Below the pieces are notes generated by a model, which was given only the letters and a program-made list of their open reading frames with translations, was not told the origin of the DNA and ran no database searches. Position numbers and translations under genes: made by a program. Below are positions 50,533-57,264 of a stretch of DNA of 57,264 nt, one piece after another. The stretch spans positions 1-57,264 of the forward strand of contig NW_021833624.1 in assembly GCF_006345805.1 (NCBI RefSeq), read 5' to 3'. This DNA is from Octopus sinensis. Taxonomy: Eukaryota. Every line of letters starts with the position of its first letter. The stretch's first letter is position 1.

Positions 50533-50862
50533 AGCATGGCTCAGTGGTTAGGGCGTCGAACTTACGATCGTGAGGTTGTGAGTTCGAATCTTGGACCGGG
50601 CTGCGTGTTGTGATCTTGAGCAAGACACTTTATTTCACGTTGCTCCAGTTTACTCACCTGTAGAAATGAGTTGCGACATCACTGGTGCCAAGTTGTATCA
50701 GCTTTTGCTTTTCCCTTGGATAACACTGGTGGCGTGGAGAGGGGAAGCCGGTATGCATTGGCAACTACTGGTCTTCCATAAACAACCTTGCCTGGACTTG
50801 TGCCTCGGAGGGTAACTTTCTGAGTGCAATCCCACGGTCATTCGTGACCGAAGGGGGTTTCC
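50533..50862 (+). mobile_element. CORE-like SINE (family D)
   Basis: tRNA head (tggctcagtggtt, gttcgaatc) followed by cttgagcaagacactt...ccagtttactcacctgtagaaatgag, which resembles the CORE domain (CTTGGGCAAGTCACTT..CAGTTTCCTCATCTGTAAAATGGG). Confidence 0.75.
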
Positions 50863-50885
50863 GAAATGTGTGTATATATATATAT

Positions 50886-51374
50886 ATCCGAGATTATAAG
50901 GAATGGAAAAGGTAAATAAAAGCTACAAATGTTTCATAGCTAAAACAATGTTTGTTACATAACCTGTAACATACACTAAACCTGCCTATGTTGTTTACAT
51001 TGTTCAAGTTGTTTACATTGTCGCGTGGAGATGAATAAATGATTCATCAATTTAGCCTCAATACAAATGGTAGGTTGAGAAAAACAAAATCAAAATCAAA
51101 TGACCAATGAAATTAATTGTTAGTAGGTTAGTCAACCTAAAAGGAAACAAGGTGGGTGTCTTTACAGATGTCATTTAACCAAAAAAGAAATATGCTAGGT
51201 AGAAGGACGGATGAGGCGGGGAGGGCTAAAGAGAATGAAGACACTTTGGCGTCGGGAAGATAGTAGGAGACAAAACAGAAACCGATAGCGTAATAAATAA
51301 TGTAACAAACATTGATTTAGCTATGAAACATTTGTAGTCATTACTTACCTTTTTCATTCCTTATATTCACGGAT
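50886..51374. mobile_element. MITE with ~75-bp terminal inverted repeats, superfamily unassigned
   Basis: 50886-50960 is the near-perfect reverse complement of 51299-51374 (shared core ctacaaatgtttcatagctaaa.caatgtttgttacat). Confidence 0.75.
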
Positions 51375-51660
51375 TTTAATTCGCATTTTTAGCAAATTGG
51401 GAAATCGTGAGTTGTATGATAACTGTCAGCTTATCAAAACTTCCTTTGATTTCAATATGGGAAGAAGTGTGTGACTTAAGGTGGATAACAAACACTTTTT
51501 ATTGTATACTGTCCACCTTTTGTTATCTATACCAGCTCTATACATGTTTGAAGCTTACTAATCTCCTACACTAGGATCTTTGGATAGCACTAATGTATGC
51601 ATGTATGTATATATGTATGTATGTAAATGTATGTAACCATATATATTTTATCTATCTACA

Positions 51661-51706
<46 letters not shown>

Positions 51707-52639
51707 CACGCACGCGCACACTCACATACACACACACAAACGCAACACACGTGTCTCTTGCATCAATTAGGAGTGTCTAATTTTCCTGTTTCTGCTGCTG
51801 AAGAGAGGTAAACCACTCCGAAATGCATGCATCTCTAACAGTCTAGTTCAAGAGCGCTGCGAACTGACTCGGTATGTTTACGCCTTTCTATTTACATAAC
51901 AAAATACGGTGAATTGATTTCTTACGGGTTCGAATATGTCTCAAGCATATTTGAACTAATAACCGGACTGCATTTATAAATATCACTACTTAGCGTGTTA
52001 CCCTATATATACATGTATGTGTGTGTGTGTGTGTGTATTTGTGTGTGTAAAATTAAGTAGGAAGATGGGTAGTGTTGTGAGGCTCATGCTTTTTTGAATA
52101 CAACATGGCTACATCAGAGAGTTCGTTGCAGCTATTTGATTGTATGTGAAATATATATATATATTTGAATTCAATTATTTGCGTCAGTATGTGTATTAAA
52201 CTCATAAAAGCCTCACCCACACAAATACACCTATATATTGAGGATATGCATACTCAAGCACGCTTACTCATACATACACTAACTCACACATACACTGTCC
52301 TTCGCTGTTTCTTCTCTCCCTCTCTCTTTCACTTACACCCGCTGTCCACCTATACGTAGATATATTGAGCCATATTACCGTGTAGTACTGAATATCTACA
52401 TATACAAATTGAATCATTGAAAGTATATGTATGTATATATATATATATATATATGCATATATATGTGTATATGTATGCATGTACACACACATACACATAC
52501 ACATATAAACACATATATAAATATATATATGTATGCATAATATATGTATTACATGTTTTCAATACATTTGTACATATATATACATATGCATACGGTGGTT
52601 CACATCTATAGAAATACATCTTTATGCGTATGTATCGAT

Positions 52640-52684
<45 letters not shown>

Positions 52685-53059
52685 TACAACCCACACACAT
52701 GCATATATTATATTTGTGTGATCTGACTTACCTCACACATAGTTGCTATAGACGTTCAGAAAATGGCGCATAAAATCTAAATAAGCAAATACATGCATAC
52801 AAATGCATATCTATACATAATTCATGACTTTTATTTTTCATTTTGGTCGCAATTCTATGAATCTCACATAATCTGCTCACTTCGCCATCCCATCCAATTC
52901 TTTCTATCATATTCCAATGTCATCTCCAACCAATTCCATCCCCAGTACATACCAACACCGCATCACCACATCGCTATTATCAATATTTCCCATTTTCGAT
53001 TTCTCTCTCTCTCTCTCGCCATCTCTCTCTTTCTCCCAGTCTCCCCTTCTCTTTCTTTC

Positions 53060-54919
<1,860 letters not shown>

Positions 54920-55064
54920 TCTAATGTAATATAAATATGTAAATATATAATATATGTACTGTTATGCGTTCTTATTTGTGGACGTCAGAAGTGTCAGCCC
55001 ATATATATATGTGTGTGTGTGTGTGTGTGTTTGTGTGTGTATGTATATATATATATACATATAT

Positions 55065-55095
<31 letters not shown>

Positions 55096-55705
55096 ATATA
55101 TATATATATAAAGAGAGAGGGAGAGACATAAATAGATAGATAGTTTCACACACATGTACACACACACACACACACACACATATGTATGTGTGTATATATA
55201 CATATAGTCTGTAGCATATTTCCGATATCACCGAGAAGACATGCGCACTTGCATTCACCCAGAAAAAGGCGCTCATTCGTGAAAGTGATACAACTGTCTG
55301 ATATATATCAAGCAGAATGAACAGCGAGATAGAGAGGGGATGATATTCGTTTAAAAATTGGGGACAGAAATCTTGTCCACGGGCAAGTAGTTGATAACAC
55401 TTTCGCCTGGGGCTCTGGGAAAAGGAACAGTATTTGTGTCGTGTGTTCAGCAAAGTTAGCAAATACAATCGATTCAGTTGTTCTTTTTATGCCAATTTTT
55501 TTTTCAAATTTTCGTATTTATTGTTGTTGAAAACTTATATATTTATAGTTTTTTCCAGATCCATTTTATCGACGTTTCATGTCTATGTAATTCCACTATC
55601 ACGATTTCTAGTCTTGCAATGAATGACTGATATTGTATATCCATTGTTTTTCTATAATATTTCTAATCTTGATATCTGTTGGGTACTGTAAAGTGAGCAG
55701 CCACT

Positions 55706-55743
<38 letters not shown>

Positions 55744-56074
55744 AAAAAGAAAGACAAAAATAAAGAGAATGACAAAAATGAAAAAATCCATTAATGGTTA
55801 CCATTTGATCCAGTTTTCTTTTTCGGTTATTTTTGAGAAATACAGTTTGGTTTTTCATGAAATGTTACTATTTCCTGAGCTATCAATCAATCTATCAATC
55901 AATTAATCAATCAATCAATTAATCAATCAATCAGTCCATACATACTTACATACATACATACATACATACATATATACGTACATACATACGTACATACAAA
56001 TATACGTACATACATACGTACATACAAATATACGTACATACATACGTACATACATACGTACATACGTACATACA

Positions 56075-56105
<31 letters not shown>

Positions 56106-56114
56106 GTATGTATA

Positions 56115-56156
<42 letters not shown>

Positions 56157-56309
56157 CACACACAAATGAAGGAAATTTCGAACGTAGGAGAATAGTGTGT
56201 AAGCAGTTGAAAGGATTAGGTACAATACCCTTATAGATGGAAGAAAGTAACCAGCAAATCACTTCAGAGAATTCAATCTGAGTGCTTTGTACTACTGACT
56301 AAAACGACC

Positions 56310-56514
56310 CCTGACAACAGATCCCGTCTTTTATAAAGCTAAATAATAGCTTTTCGAATGTAGAACATTGTAGAAACAAAATTTGGAAGAACCGAATGAG
56401 TTGGCATTTTTCAGACAAGAGAGTAAGTCAACGCTCCCAAAGTTTGTTCATAAAATGTTCTACACTCGAAAAAGCTATTATTTAGCGTTAAAATTGGCGG
56501 TAATTGATGTCAGG
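56310..56514. repeat. Degenerate ~60-bp inverted repeat with ~85-bp spacer (MITE-like)
   Basis: gctaaataatagcttttcgaatgtagaacatt (56338-56369) pairs with 56454-56486 almost perfectly. Weaker pairing extends out to 56310 and 56514. Confidence 0.6.
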
Positions 56515-56574
56515 AGCCGTTTAGCTTAATGGTAGTGCACTGAGGGGCACGGGGTTCGATTCCCGTAGCTGCTC
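56514..56574 (+). pseudogene. tRNA-like remnant (solo head), anticodon arm largely missing
   Basis: A box TAGCTTAATGG, B box GGTTCGATTCC, acceptor-like GAGC../..GCTC, T6 tract at 56587-56592. Only ~61 nt long. Confidence 0.5.
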
Positions 56575-56744
56575 GCAGATATCATCTTTTTCTGTCTTAT
56601 GAGGGCAAATACCCAATCTTTCTCTGCTGTTTTTCACAGCTATATTGCTATCAAAATTTACTATCTTGTTTTTAAATGCCAACACATTCGACATTCCCAA
56701 AGTGTTCATACACACACACACACGTGCACACACACACACACACA

Positions 56745-56791
<47 letters not shown>

Positions 56792-57264
56792 TTACTCTCA
56801 TTCATTATTTTCACTAATTCCACGAGACAGGCAAGTCCGAAGCAGACTTGAAGTAAAGAGGGCATGTCATTGATGAAATCACGAATGGCGACGGAAGGAC
56901 TTCAACAAACATAGCTGATTGATTGATTAAAGGATTAGTCAAACAATCGATGAGTTAATTGGCTAAATGTTAACGAATTCACTTATAATAATAGAAGTGA
57001 ACTAGAACCAGTGCGCGTGTTTATTGTTGGCATAATGACTCACTCGCGATAAAAACAAAACCTGCTTCAGCATAGGAATTCATATCATGAATCTTACGAA
57101 CTATGTGTGTGTGTGTGTGTGTGTGGAAGCGTGTGTGTGTATGTATCCAAATTGAAGGAGTGGAACAGGTAAAATTCAGGTTATATATGTTTCCTAGCAA
57201 GTAGATCATCTGATGTAATAATTACTCAAGGTGGGTACTCAGCTAGTTACCCTTCAGGCCGAAG

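Overview
AT-rich, microsatellite-saturated animal genomic DNA. From recall, the SINE families look like those of coleoid cephalopods, most likely Octopus. No host protein-coding gene, rRNA, intact tRNA or CRISPR array can be identified with confidence, and almost all ORFs in the supplied track are translations of simple repeats. The window is a mosaic of (1) four tRNA-derived SINE families (about 25 copies); (2) LINE remnants: two R4/Dong-like, three Tx1-like 3' ends, one CR1-like, plus Hero-like, RTE-like and endonuclease fragments; (3) DNA transposon remnants: Chapaev3-like, hATm-like, Helitron, and Tc2-like, hAT and unclassified MITEs; and (4) a roughly 550-bp non-coding element associated with (AAT)n. 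The strongest signal is an apparent microsatellite-targeting retroposon network. The Dong-like LINE sits in (AAT)n and the Tx1-like LINE in (TATC)n. SINE family B shares its 3' tail with the Tx1-like LINE, and SINE family A shares its tail with the CR1-like LINE, including a covarying stem-loop. Other points of interest are two minimal hammerhead-ribozyme-like motifs (one inside a 41-bp fold-back), a pre-miRNA-like hairpin with G-U pairs, a tail-to-tail inverted SINE pair, (TA)n-centred fold-back palindromes, and a speculative phase-compatible chain of small minus-strand exons. All alignments and translations were done by eye, and coordinates of degenerate elements are approximate.
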